Assembly (NCBI GenBank): GCA_002104905.1
Contig: MCFE01000059.1
Span: 1 to 64,000 of the forward strand
Origin: Basidiobolus meristosporus CBS 931.73
Taxonomy: Eukaryota; Fungi; Basidiobolomycota
DNA length: 64,000 nt
Direction: 5' to 3'
Positions 53,763-64,000 of this stretch are shown piece by piece. How positions within the stretch are numbered: position 1 is the stretch's first letter; each line of letters begins with the position of its first letter. The translations under genes were made by a program, and so were the position numbers. Below the pieces are notes generated by a model. That model saw only the letters and a program-made list of their open reading frames with translations, was not told the origin of the DNA and ran no database searches.

Positions 53763-54301
53763 TCACTTTTCCTGGTATGCTATTCTCAAACGGATCTCCC
53801 CTTTGATGCTATTATGCTCATCGAATAAGCCGTACCAATTGTCCACCTCTTTCTTTTCGAATATCTCCTCGAGCAAAATGTAAGCAGTGGCTATAAAAAA
53901 ACAGGTTTAACTAGGCCAGTAGAAAGAAGAGAGGCATCCTCTGGAGATTTACCTAGCCTATGGTGCTCAAGGAGTCTTCTACCTTTTCCGAGAGCCTCAA
54001 TAAATAGCGTTTTATGTTTATCGTCAACGTCTAAGGTGAAGGTTTCGTTCCATACTGGATGGGCTAGAGGCTGCGCCCGAGTTTGGTGTTGGGAACGATT
54101 CAAGGGAATCTTATGTAGATGGGAGTGAGTATATAGATGTATACTGACTTGGGCACTTGAGGTATTTAGGTTGTTATTTGTTGGAGTGGTCACGTCCGAA
54201 GCCGAGTCACACCCACGTGCGCCAGCAGCGACTTTGCCTCCAAACCAAGGGAGGATGTTGCGCGCTTCAAATACCTCTACTTGAATCTTCCCAGGAGTCA
54301 T
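53763..54301 (-). CDS. Small stand-alone C2-domain protein
   Basis: GKIQVEVFEARN, HPVWNETFTLDV, LFIEALGK, then across an intron TAYILLEEIF...VDNWYGL...KGEIRLRIAY. TGA at 53763-53765. Confidence 0.75.
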
Positions 54302-54727
54302 AGCTGTGTTTCTAGAATGACTGTGGAGACGGAGTGATCCAGCCAAGCTTGATTCCACTTAAATTCGATGGAAGTTACATCATCCATCAGTGAAAGTGCT
54401 CTGCTAGTAGTGAGCTGGGATCCTTGAGCTCACATGAAGTTTTGAAAGGTCGAAGATCTAATTATTAACATTTATATAGAGTGCTTTCTATAAATAACCA
54501 ACCCAGAAAAATCGAAGGTATCTAGTTCTGATACACCAAAGTATTACAGGGTTATCTACACCTTCGATTAGCATACAGAGTAGTGTCGTAAATTATTGCA
54601 GGCTAGGGAAGGTTCAGGGCTCAAATCCATTCCAGCGATCTTATGATACAAGCTATTGAGAAAGGAATCCAGGAGAAATGGGTCGGCCGTGCCATCATAC
54701 TTCCAAGAAAGCCAAGGAGAGAAATTA

Positions 54728-56380
54728 TTATTTTCTCTTGCTGGGGACAAATATGAGAGTAAAGAGCAAGGCGAGGAGGTTTGTCCCAATAAAGAGGGTA
54801 AACGTGTAAGTCTTCAGATTTTCAGTCAATACCGGTAAAAGCAGCCCCACCGCAAAGGTGCATCTAGATGTGTACGGATTAGTTAATCATTCCAGAGATA
54901 CTCTTTTGCGCTACTCACATCCAGCCCACATTATTGGCCATAGAGATAACCGCGCTGATTGCCTTTGTGGGCATCAATTCGGGAATAAGAATCACAGTAA
55001 CTGGACCTAATCCAATAGCGAATGCTGCCACAAACAAGAACGCTGGAAAGAGCGAAGAAAGTGAGCAAATCGAATAGTGTTTGGACGACTTAGAATGGCT
55101 TTCTTACCTGCAGTTATAACCAATGGATCAAGTGCAAGTGTCGATCCAACAACAAGAAGCGCCGACGCCACCAACATCCCAATTTCGCTGATGACCAAAA
55201 GTAGCTTACGTCCAGCCTTTTCAATGACCACTGCCGACACGAAGGTCAGGAGGAAATTGATTGATGCGATACCGAGTGTCACGTATGCAGCTTTGGCCGC
55301 CCCAAACACTTTTTCGAAGATCGAGGTGGAGTAATATACGATTCCAATCATCCCACTAAGTGGTTGGAGTGCAAACAAGGTGATCCCGACAAGCGCCATT
55401 TTACGGAGTTTTCTGTTTTTGAGGATCTCGAAAATATTCAGCGGAGCGGCAACCTTGGTTTCCCCTAGTTCCACCGGAGGCCTAGCTACATCGACAATGC
55501 TCAATCGCATTGAAGAGCCCACAGTGGCAATGGTGTTACCGTTGGAGCCCGATTCTTTCTGAGCTCTTATCATGTCATCATATTCAAGATCAACCTGGCA
55601 CCCTCTTCGAAGCTTGACCAAAGATTCTCTAGCTTCATCGTATTTCTCGCGCATTATTAGAAATCTTGGCGTTTCTTGACAGAATGGCAAGAGGATCATT
55701 TGCAAGATAGCAGGGGCCAATGTCCCACCCATCAACCAGCGCCAACCAGGCACAGTGGCAAATGGTATGCCCAATCCTTGTGATATCAAGATGCCACCCA
55801 TCTGGGAAAGCTCTAAAGTGATGCCTAAGGGACCTCTCCACCGATCAGTGGAGATTTCGGCCAGATAGGTAGCTACTGCCACTCCTGCAACACCACTCCC
55901 AACGCCGACCAAAAAACGACCGGCAATAAAGAGGGGTATATTGACAGAGAGTGCAATCATTAAGCCACCGGCAATGAACGCAAGATTATTCCAAAATAAT
56001 GTGGTCTTCCGCCCAAATTTGCTTGTTGCCGAGCCTGCAATTGTGCTTCCCGTCAGCCCGCCTAGAGCGAAGACGCCTACAGCAAAACCCCTTGAAAAGC
56101 GGTTAGACATTTACACAACAGCTAGCTCCCAAACGTGGAGAGCGACAAGATGAGAGTGTGCTTTGTATTACCATACTAGTGAGGACATCGGCAGACAGTC
56201 TGGAAAGTCGCCCATTTCATCTTCCACCGCGGGTGGACAGTGTAGGATGATGTTTTCGGTGGTATTCGAAGCGCCACCATTATAGCCTGCGTTGAATCCG
56301 GCCAACAATGCACTGAAAGCGCAAAACACAAAGTAGGCGCTCATCCCTTTCTCTCTTGAATCCGGTTGCTCGTTTTCCAT
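54728..56380 (-). CDS. Sugar porter family (GLUT/SLC2A-like) MFS transporter
   Basis: AGFNAGYN, FALGGLTGS, KFGRKT, GRFLVGVG, YLAEIS..RWRG, PGWRW, CQETPRFL, QPLSGMIGIVYYST, IEKAGRK and AFAIGLGPV..LIPE. Ends FVPSKRK*. Confidence 0.92.
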
Positions 56381-58877
56381 GTTGATTTTATTTCAGTTAA
56401 TGTTATAGGGTGGTTAAGTTCAGGTTAGAGTTTATGGGGTGGTTAAGGTTACACGGAAAACGCGCTGGTGAACCTTCAGATTTTCCCGAGAAGTCCGTGT
56501 CTGTGAAGTTCAGCCATCCGTCGCCTTAAATACTTGAGTGGCAGAAATCTGTAGTCACTGTGACCGTGTTTCTTTCAGTTTAGCTAGCAGTGGTATTTCC
56601 AACTTATTACGTAATGATCTGCAGTTGAAAAGCAACTACCTCATTTTCTACGAAGCCTAATTAAACAACCTTAAAATTCCCTGGCTTGTCGAGAAAGCAT
56701 CCCTTATTCCCTCTTCGTGAAATTATCCTGACATGTTGGGCCAGTTGAACGTGTGATCGATGCCAATTCTAGAATCAGTCTGAATCGAGTGGTGTTAGGC
56801 ATTGGTTCCTTGAATCGCCTCTAACTCTATTCGATTCGTTTCTATATAGTAAATCTCGAGTTTCATGTTCACTGTCTCCGGATTATTGGTACCCAACTGC
56901 ATCTGATAATTCTCCTTTACAAACGAGGATCGCTGGCTAACTCCTCACGTGGTCACCACAAGCCTATCACCTGGGTGAGGCAACCATCACTTGATCGAAT
57001 GATATTGGAGATTTGTTGCATGAGTTGACGCCATTCAATAGAGAGAGTGCCTGTCATCAGAACTGTGGCCAAATTGATTTGCCAAGCGCCATTGTTTTGA
57101 ATAGGTTAGCCAGGCACACCAGCGTGGGACTCAAACATATCGTGGCATGCTCGAATCAACTAAGCGATCCTACATGCAAGACAATGTGTCTGATTATTGA
57201 TTCGGTTGTGGTTGTAGTTGTAGTGCTAGTTGGCATAATATACAAAGTATGCATGGTTTATGATGTATATATACGAGGTTGGTATGGGAGTGTTTGATGC
57301 GATAAATCACTTGTATTGTACAGCTTAGGTCAGTCACCTGTATAAATGAGTCATGCATATCTTACTGGCAACCAGAATATATACACATCTCCAGAGCTCT
57401 GGCCAAGTGCAGAAGGCTCAAGTAGATGTTCAGTGTTGAGTGATATCTTTTACATACTGTCCAGGTTGGCTTTTACAGTGTGGAAGTGAGTGCCTTTGGG
57501 GTTTGAACTCTTGTAGTAATGACTGCAAATAAGTTATAATTTTACTATAAGGCTTGATATGCCTCAAGCATGAGTTTTGCAAAATCACCTTACTGATGGG
57601 CCTCTTGGCTTTATTGGTGTTTATGGTACTGCACAAACGTTCTTTGCAAGATTGAAATGCCGTCAGCTATCTCATTCCAAAACAACATTGTAAACAAGCG
57701 ATCCAAAATAGGTGATATATTGGCTGTCAAATACTCCCCCTAAAAAGCACCACGCATTCCCTCTGATATATAGAGCTTAGGGAGCGAGTACTCACGCTGC
57801 TGAAATTGGCTCTAGGTGCATGCTACAGGATACAGAAAACATCATGATCCTTGCAGCAGCACACTGCACCAAGAGGCTTTGTGAGCAGTGGTGATTGCCT
57901 TTGGAAGAATGCTGAAATGAGGATATAATGTAGTGATTGATGGTTGTTTAATAACCAGCTTAACGCTTGTGTAGTGCAATGCCATGGATCGACAGCAACA
58001 TACTGTCTCTGACGTGGGATCAAATATCATCGGTATCCCTAGACATGTATCAGATATGCTCAGCTCCAACACAAATTTGTATGGCATGTGGTCGCCTTTA
58101 CTCATGACTGAATCATGATAGAATAGCTCTGACGTAAGGCGATACCTGTTGACCGAATAGGATCAGATTCTGCGCCTATAAACGGAAGTGGTTCAACCTC
58201 AGCCTCCTGAGCACTTTGTCCAAATCATGATCAATTGTGGGGTGATTGCTCAAATTAGGCCATTGTTGCTTTCATTTATGATTGCTGTACATACCGTTGC
58301 CCATTTTTCGATGGCTTTTCTATGTCGATCAGAGTCAGGCCTTTCAGGATGCTCTGTTGAGCGAGGTAGTGTAGGGTATCAAGGAACGCAGACCACACGC
58401 TGGGCGGTTTGAATTGGGGCCATACCTAATCTGTGTCGATTACCTCCTGATTGTTAACTTCAAAAGGAACTGATACGCGTCCGCCAGAATGATGAATACC
58501 AATTCCGCCTAAGCCTGGCTCTTCTCAGGAGCACCGGTGAAGTCAGGGAACAGCCGATACTTAAGAGGCATAGATACAGAACAGTGAGACCCTGGCCCAT
58601 TGGTGATTTGCACGTTGTTGCTGGGCTGTTGCACTCTGCGATGTTGGGATATGATAGGTTTTAGGGGCATTGCGTACAGTTAAGGTATCCTGATGTATGT
58701 CTGCTTGCCAACTCATTTGACTTGCGTCTAAGCCTAGATGGCTTAGCATTTCATTTATATATCTTCCTTGCTTAGCGGACTACATCCATGGATCTTTTCA
58801 ACCATCCGCTGCCCTCTCCCTCATATTAAAGTAAGCCTGTATCCTAGTTACATCAGAAATCATCACTCGCTACAAAT

Positions 58878-59465
58878 ATGACGGCTAAGCTTCAACGTGT
58901 GCTCTCCTTCAACGAAAGCACTCTCAAACAACCACATGTACATTCGATAGCCTATAAAAAATCATTGAATAGTCACACCGAAAATGCCATACTCAGACTG
59001 GAAAAAGATGGCGATAAATTGGTGGCCAAGCTGGATGGGAAAGTTAAATATGCCATCACCACCGAGAAAGGGTTTTTTAGCACCACGGTAACTTTGAAGA
59101 ACCTGGAGACAGAGGAGATTCTTTATGTCGCAAAACCCAGATCCACTCTGGGCTACATATGGATCACCTCTGAGCGCTTTCGATCGAAATTCCAATTCGC
59201 TTACCCCTCCAGCGAGTCGGGGATATTCGGGTTTCTCCTGGATGGGACCCTCTTCTTCTGGGATTTCCAAGAGAGCAAGTACCTTCGATGCTTCACCGCC
59301 TCGAAAAAAAAATTGGTGGCCCAGTTTACCTTGGGCTACAGCGACGGTGATGTGAAGGGTTGTCCCGTCGGGTGTCTAGTGCTAAGAAACGAGGTGACTG
59401 GCGTTGCCATCCAGCCATTTCTACTGCTCACAGCAGCATTGCTAGTTAATCGAGGATATTGCTAA
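58878..59465 (+). CDS. Hypothetical protein, intronless, beta-rich with C-terminal hydrophobic helix (tubby/LURP-one-like fold suspected)
   Basis: 195-aa ATG-initiated ORF with a natural composition. The F.LDGTLFFW, LVAQF and LLLTAALL pattern resembles tubby-C-like proteins (inference). Confidence 0.55.
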   Translation: MTAKLQRVLSFNESTLKQPHVHSIAYKKSLNSHTENAILRLEKDGDKLVAKLDGKVKYAITTEKGFFSTTVTLKNLETEEILYVAKPRSTLGYIWITSERFRSKFQFAYPSSESGIFGFLLDGTLFFWDFQESKYLRCFTASKKKLVAQFTLGYSDGDVKGCPVGCLVLRNEVTGVAIQPFLLLTAALLVNRGYC

Positions 59466-60094
59466 TTTTTGAGGGCCCATTTCCTTCTGTAAAGGCATCT
59501 GATCTCAGCATCATGTTATTGTTAATGTTTTCATAGCGCTTCATAAAATCCAATTTAGAAATGACTGTCTATTACATCCGCATGGGCCTAGCAGCTGGTC
59601 CATTAGTGTACTCATGCTATGCACGGTAGATGGGTGATAAAGGATGAGATCGCAATAACCGGCTACGGCTCGACAAAGTTCACAGCCGCACAGAATCCAT
59701 TATGGAATGGAGAATCTAGGTGCTCTGGGGGCCTTCCTTGTGATACCTGTGCGGGCTCCGGTCAAGATCGATCCTCGCAACCGTTCCAGTGGCTCATCGT
59801 TGCGAGCAAGATGGGCGAAGCTTTGTGACATTTAGATCGGATGCTTTGTCGAACTTGTCATTAGAGTCTGCTGTGGGAGGAACCCAAAAACCAAGTCCGG
59901 CACTTCGAGCTGATTGGCGCATCAAACATCATTTTTCTAGATGTACCTGATAATCAATGACTGAAGGAAAGGTGGATTTGATTTAGGAAATCGTATTACC
60001 TTGATTTAAAATCACGCAAAAGCCAACTCCCTATATATTTTGCCCTGGAGGCAGCCAGCAGAAACATCCAACAAGCATACAATCCATTCATCCA

Positions 60095-60910
60095 ATGGCT
60101 CCCAAATCCAACCCTAAGGCTCTCGTTCTCATCGCAGAAGGTGTAGAAGAGATGGAAACCGTCATCATTAGTAAGTTGTGCCTTTCAGCCCATTCGAAGC
60201 CGCAATCCTAACCGTCGCCTGTGGTATCCGTAGTTGACGTTCTTAGACGCGCCAACATCGAGGTGGTGGTCGCTGGTGTTGATGTACGCTCGTTGCCTAT
60301 CGTTTGCAGTCGCGGTGTCTTGCTCAGCCCCGACGTCAGATTCGAATCGATCAAATCATTTGTAAGTGACTCATTGGATGCCTACTGGTCCGGTCGGAAA
60401 TCTAATGCAGTGCATATAGGACAAGTTTGATGTTGTCATTGTGCCCGGTGGGACTGGCAGTGCAAAGATCTTCTCCGAAAACGCTGCTGTCAAGGCTCTC
60501 CTTCGCTCAACCTACGACTCCGGAAAAATTTTGGGTTCTCTCTGTGCCGGTGAGTGTTCAGGTCTAATTACACTGTGAACCCTAAACACTAATCTATTCC
60601 GTGCAGGTCCTCTTGCATTGAAAGCGGCTGGTATTCCTCGCAACACCAAATTGACCTCCCATCCCAGCATCAAAGGCCAATTAGATTCCGGTACTGTTCG
60701 ACTGCTGCACGATGCTTCTCCATTTTACTTATTCTTTGGTTTTCAGTCTACGACTATCAAGAAGACCGTGTGGTTGTCTGCAAGAACTTGATCACCAGCC
60801 GTGGCCCAGGAACCACCTTCGAGTTCGCCTTGACCCTGGTCGAGAAATTGGTGTCCAAGGAGGTGGCCGTTGGAATTGCTACCCCAATGTTTGTTAAGCA
60901 CAAGTTGTAA
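60095..60910 (+). CDS. DJ-1/PfpI family protein (PARK7-like glyoxalase/deglycase)
   Basis: ALVLIAEGVEEME, IDVLRRA, VCSRGV, FDVVIVPGG, LCA|GP (nucleophilic Cys) and ITSRGPGTTFEFAL. Four introns. Confidence 0.95.
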
Positions 60911-61359
60911 ACTGGACTCCGGAACGACTGTCTAGCATTTATAAGGAAGGCTGAAGTAGGCTTTCTAACTCATCTGAGCAAATAAAATACATTCCATATT
61001 CGTCAACATGACGGTAGCACATCCCCCTCTATCCGGAATGGCCTCCAATGCTATTTGATTAATGCTTACATTCTAGATCATCCTGGTCTTATAGTTATCC
61101 TCATGATTTCCCAGACACGTTTACCACTATGGCTATGGCATAAGCAGAAAAGAAGTTCGGGACAGAACTTCTGACGCTATATGCCGAAACTTATCATACG
61201 CTTATTTCCACTTACCAGGTGGTGATGCTTCGAACTAAGCGACCGAAGCTACCGAAGTACATGCTCTTGAGACCTCCAAGTATATCCAACCAAATATCCC
61301 CGACCAGAACTTGCATCAGAAAATTGCGCTGGATATGAACTAAGAGAAGTAACTTGGGC

Positions 61360-61588
61360 TGTAGGGGTTTTGGAGATATTGGAAGTGATTGGGAGAACAA
61401 GCAGATTATGTGGTCTTTATTTGATGATATACTAGATGAAAAGTGGTACTTTCACTTTTACATAGTCTTGGTAAAACAAACATGCACAATATGTGCACAA
61501 AAATCCCAGGAACATGTGCGCAAAGTTTGTGGTTCTATGGATGGCTTATCATACTTCCATATCCTGGGTGCCTAATTTGTTGGTAAAA
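61360..61588. mobile_element. Truncated, diverged copy of the same LTR family as 62157-62505
   Basis: ttggagatattggaagtgattgggagaacaagcagattatgtggt aligns with ttggagatattgaaagtaactgggaaaacaagtagattatgtggt. Similarity continues to ~61588. Confidence 0.7.
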
Positions 61589-62156
61589 TAGAAGTTAGGC
61601 AAGATGTTCTAAGGCTCATAGACTGCAATATCAGCAACTCAAGTGGCAGGAAATCCTCTTCAACTTTCTTAATTGCACTCAAATATTGACTTAACTTTGT
61701 CACTCAGTTTATAGTCTACAAATCATCTAATGTTCTGGCCAAATTCCTTGTAGGAACATGCTTGATATATTTCACCACAATATCAGCAAAATACTGGTTG
61801 CAATCTTTGTAATACTTCCTATGCTATATGTGTGCTTCATGATTGAGAGGCTTGTTACAATAACCACATGGTCTTTCTTTCTCTTCTCCTACAGTATTGA
61901 ATCAAAGTAGTCTTGTACACAGGGTAAACAGCTTAATACTCAACAATGTAACACCATTATATCACTGTCTTTTCACTATCCATATGAGTTTAAGACAGTC
62001 CTGTATATGAGACATTGTACATACATGAATGTAAGATAGAATCATGATCCCACCATAGTATGAATCATCAATAAAGTTACAGCACCATATATTTACATAT
62101 ATGTAACACTCTATCCCCTTGGGTTTGAATCACCTCCATATATACCACCAAAAGCT

Positions 62157-62505
62157 TGTTGTAAGAGTCTTGGAGATATTGAAAGTAACTGGGAAAACAA
62201 GTAGATTATGTGGTTTTCCCTTAAGGATTTATTAAATATAATAGTAGTGTTTATACTTTTACATGGTGCTGGCATAACATGCATGTAGAATAGGTTTATG
62301 AAGATCCCAAAAACATGTGTGTAAAGTTTTGGGGCTGTTTGGACAACTTTGCAAATTTCATGTTCTGAATACCTGATATTTTGGTGAAAATTCTTAAAGT
62401 AAATCCCAACAAGGATTTTGGTCAGTATTCTCTAGGAACTGAAGGTAATGATCTAAGTGACTAAGTTAGGAGAATATTTAGGTGGAATTGCAAGTTCTTA
62501 CAACA
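62157..62505 (-). repeat. 3' LTR (349 bp) of a Ty1/copia element
   Basis: Bounded by a perfect 10-bp inverted repeat TGTTGTAAGA...TCTTACAACA and immediately preceded, on the minus strand, by a polypurine tract. Confidence 0.88.
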
Positions 62506-62514
62506 CTCCCACTC
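62506..62514 (-). other. Polypurine tract (GAGTGGGAG) of the copia element
   Basis: Lies between the RNase H stop codon and the LTR's TG. Confidence 0.8.
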
Positions 62515-64000
62515 AACTAAATGTTCATACTGACTAGTCCTAATTTTAACCTAAGGTATTCAAACTTGTCTCTAGCTAATGGTTTGGTAAATATGTCTGC
62601 AATATATTTGTCTGTAGGACAGCAGGCTAGGTTAGACAACTTAGTCTCTATAGCTTCATGTATGAAATTATGTCTAATATATATGTGCTTAGTTCTAGTA
62701 TGAAGAGTTGGAATTCTACTAAATTGTATATATGCTTGATTATCTTAAAATAAAGTAATAGGCATTTTTTGACATAAGCCAAAATGTTTAAAAAGCTTCC
62801 TTAACCACATGGCTTCTTTTGTAGCTTCACAGGCTGCCATATACTCTGCCTCTGTGGTATAGAGTGCAATGGTTGTTGCTTTCTTGAATTTCATGAAACT
62901 GCTCCTTTACAGTAAGCAAAGGTGTATCCTGTGGTGGATCTACTGTCTTCCAAATTTTGTCCCCAATCAGCATTGGATTATCCCACAAGATCCTGTTCTG
63001 TATCCTTATAAGTGTATCTTAAGCAGATATCAGCAGTTTCTTTTAGGTATCTAAAAATCCGCTTAACTGCTGCAATATGATCAGATCCATATTTCTGATT
63101 GTGCTGGCTGACAACTCCCACTGAATATGAGATATCTGGATGTATTCCAAGCATGATATACATCAGACTGCCAGCCATAGATTGATAAGGAAGTCAGGGC
63201 TTTCAGATGGCACCAAGCTCTCTTGATTTGGTTGAGTTTTGACCAAGTTAAGGATTGTCTCCATTAGGGTAGCTGCTGGTTCACAGTCTTCCATTTGGTG
63301 CTTCTTTTGTATATCTTGAATATAGTTGGATTGGCTTAGGGTGATAGTCTGGGTACTTCTGTCTATGGAGAACTTTATTCCTAGGTAGCAACTAATTTTT
63401 CCTAGATCAGGTATCTTGAACTCCTTAGATAGGCTGGATTTAGTCACTTCCAATATTTCTAGGATATTGGTGGCTATAATAAGATCATCCACATAGAGAG
63501 CCAATAGAACTGGATTTGCTCTATTTGGCCTATAGTATATACTATAGTCACCATTACTTCTTTTGAAACTCAAAGATTCCAAATTAGAATCTATTTTGCA
63601 ATTCTAGTCTCTTGGTAATTGTTTGAGCCCATAAAGAGACTTTTAAGCTTGCAGACTAAATGGGGGTTATCTTGGTCAATAAACCCATCAGGCTGGTCCA
63701 TATACACATCCTCATCAAGTACTCCATTCAAAAATGCGCTTTTACATCCACTTGATGTACAAAAAACTTATATTTGGCTGCAATAGCCAATAGTAATCTG
63801 ATGGAATTAAACTTGACTACTGGTGCAAAGGTCTCAGTGTAGTCAAGTCCTGTTGTTTGAGGGTATCCTTTGGCCACAAGTCCTGCTTTGTGTCTTTCAA
63901 TTGTACCATTGACCTTGTATTTTGCCTTAAAGACCTATCTGCATCCAATAGATTTTTGATTGATTGGTATTTTGACAAAGTCCTTAGTTTGATTTTTCAT

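Larger units (their letters stand above)
62157..64000 (-). mobile_element. Decayed Ty1/copia LTR retrotransposon (RT + RNase H + 3' LTR), running off the window end
   Basis: [89 protein letters not shown] and ADIFTKPL. In-frame stops and frameshifts are present. Confidence 0.95.

Noticed and set aside
54568-54789. ORF suggesting a longer C-terminus for the sugar transporter
   Set aside because: Different frame from TM12; the transporter frame stops at 54728-54730.
60895-60910. DJ-1 C-terminus -HKL as a peroxisomal signal
   Set aside because: Non-canonical tripeptide with no other support; too weak to claim.
1-64000. tRNA, rRNA, snoRNA, CRISPR array, selenoprotein or readthrough signals
   Set aside because: No cloverleaf, rRNA-like segment, spaced repeat array or in-frame TGA within a conserved gene was recognised by eye. 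tRNAscan-SE and Infernal would be needed to exclude small RNAs.

Overview
Eukaryotic, gene-dense window with short GT-AG introns and CTAAC/CTAAT-type branch points. The gene content suggests an early-diverging (non-Dikarya) fungus; this is inference and the species cannot be fixed from the sequence. I can support 24 protein-coding genes: histidine acid phosphatase, GH5 exo-glucanase, ACSF2-like acyl-CoA synthetase, bZIP factor, PPIL4, a degenerate FAD-monooxygenase homolog, two tandem D-amino-acid oxidases, a 7TM protein, HAP2/NF-YA, RPL19, YAP1-like, a STYX-family phosphatase, LIP5, a bHLH-ZIP factor, an SLC17-like MFS transporter, an MBD4-type glycosylase, a THO1/SARNP-like protein, an MFSD1-like transporter, KICS2/C12orf66, a C2-domain protein, a GLUT-like transporter, an orphan ORF and DJ-1. 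The window ends in a decayed Ty1/copia element (3' LTR, PPT, RNase H, RT). No tRNA, rRNA or CRISPR array was recognised. Best leads: (1) a DAO paralog pair almost identical over its 3' half, introns included, except for a ~10-codon patch at the predicted active-site lid; (2) a fungal KICSTOR subunit; (3) near-total CpG erasure confined to the retroelement; (4) an intact flavoprotein ORF with all three FAD fingerprints rewritten; (5) a STYX ortholog that retains the catalytic Cys. Exon joins and counts were done by hand, and family assignments rest on recalled motifs, not database searches.
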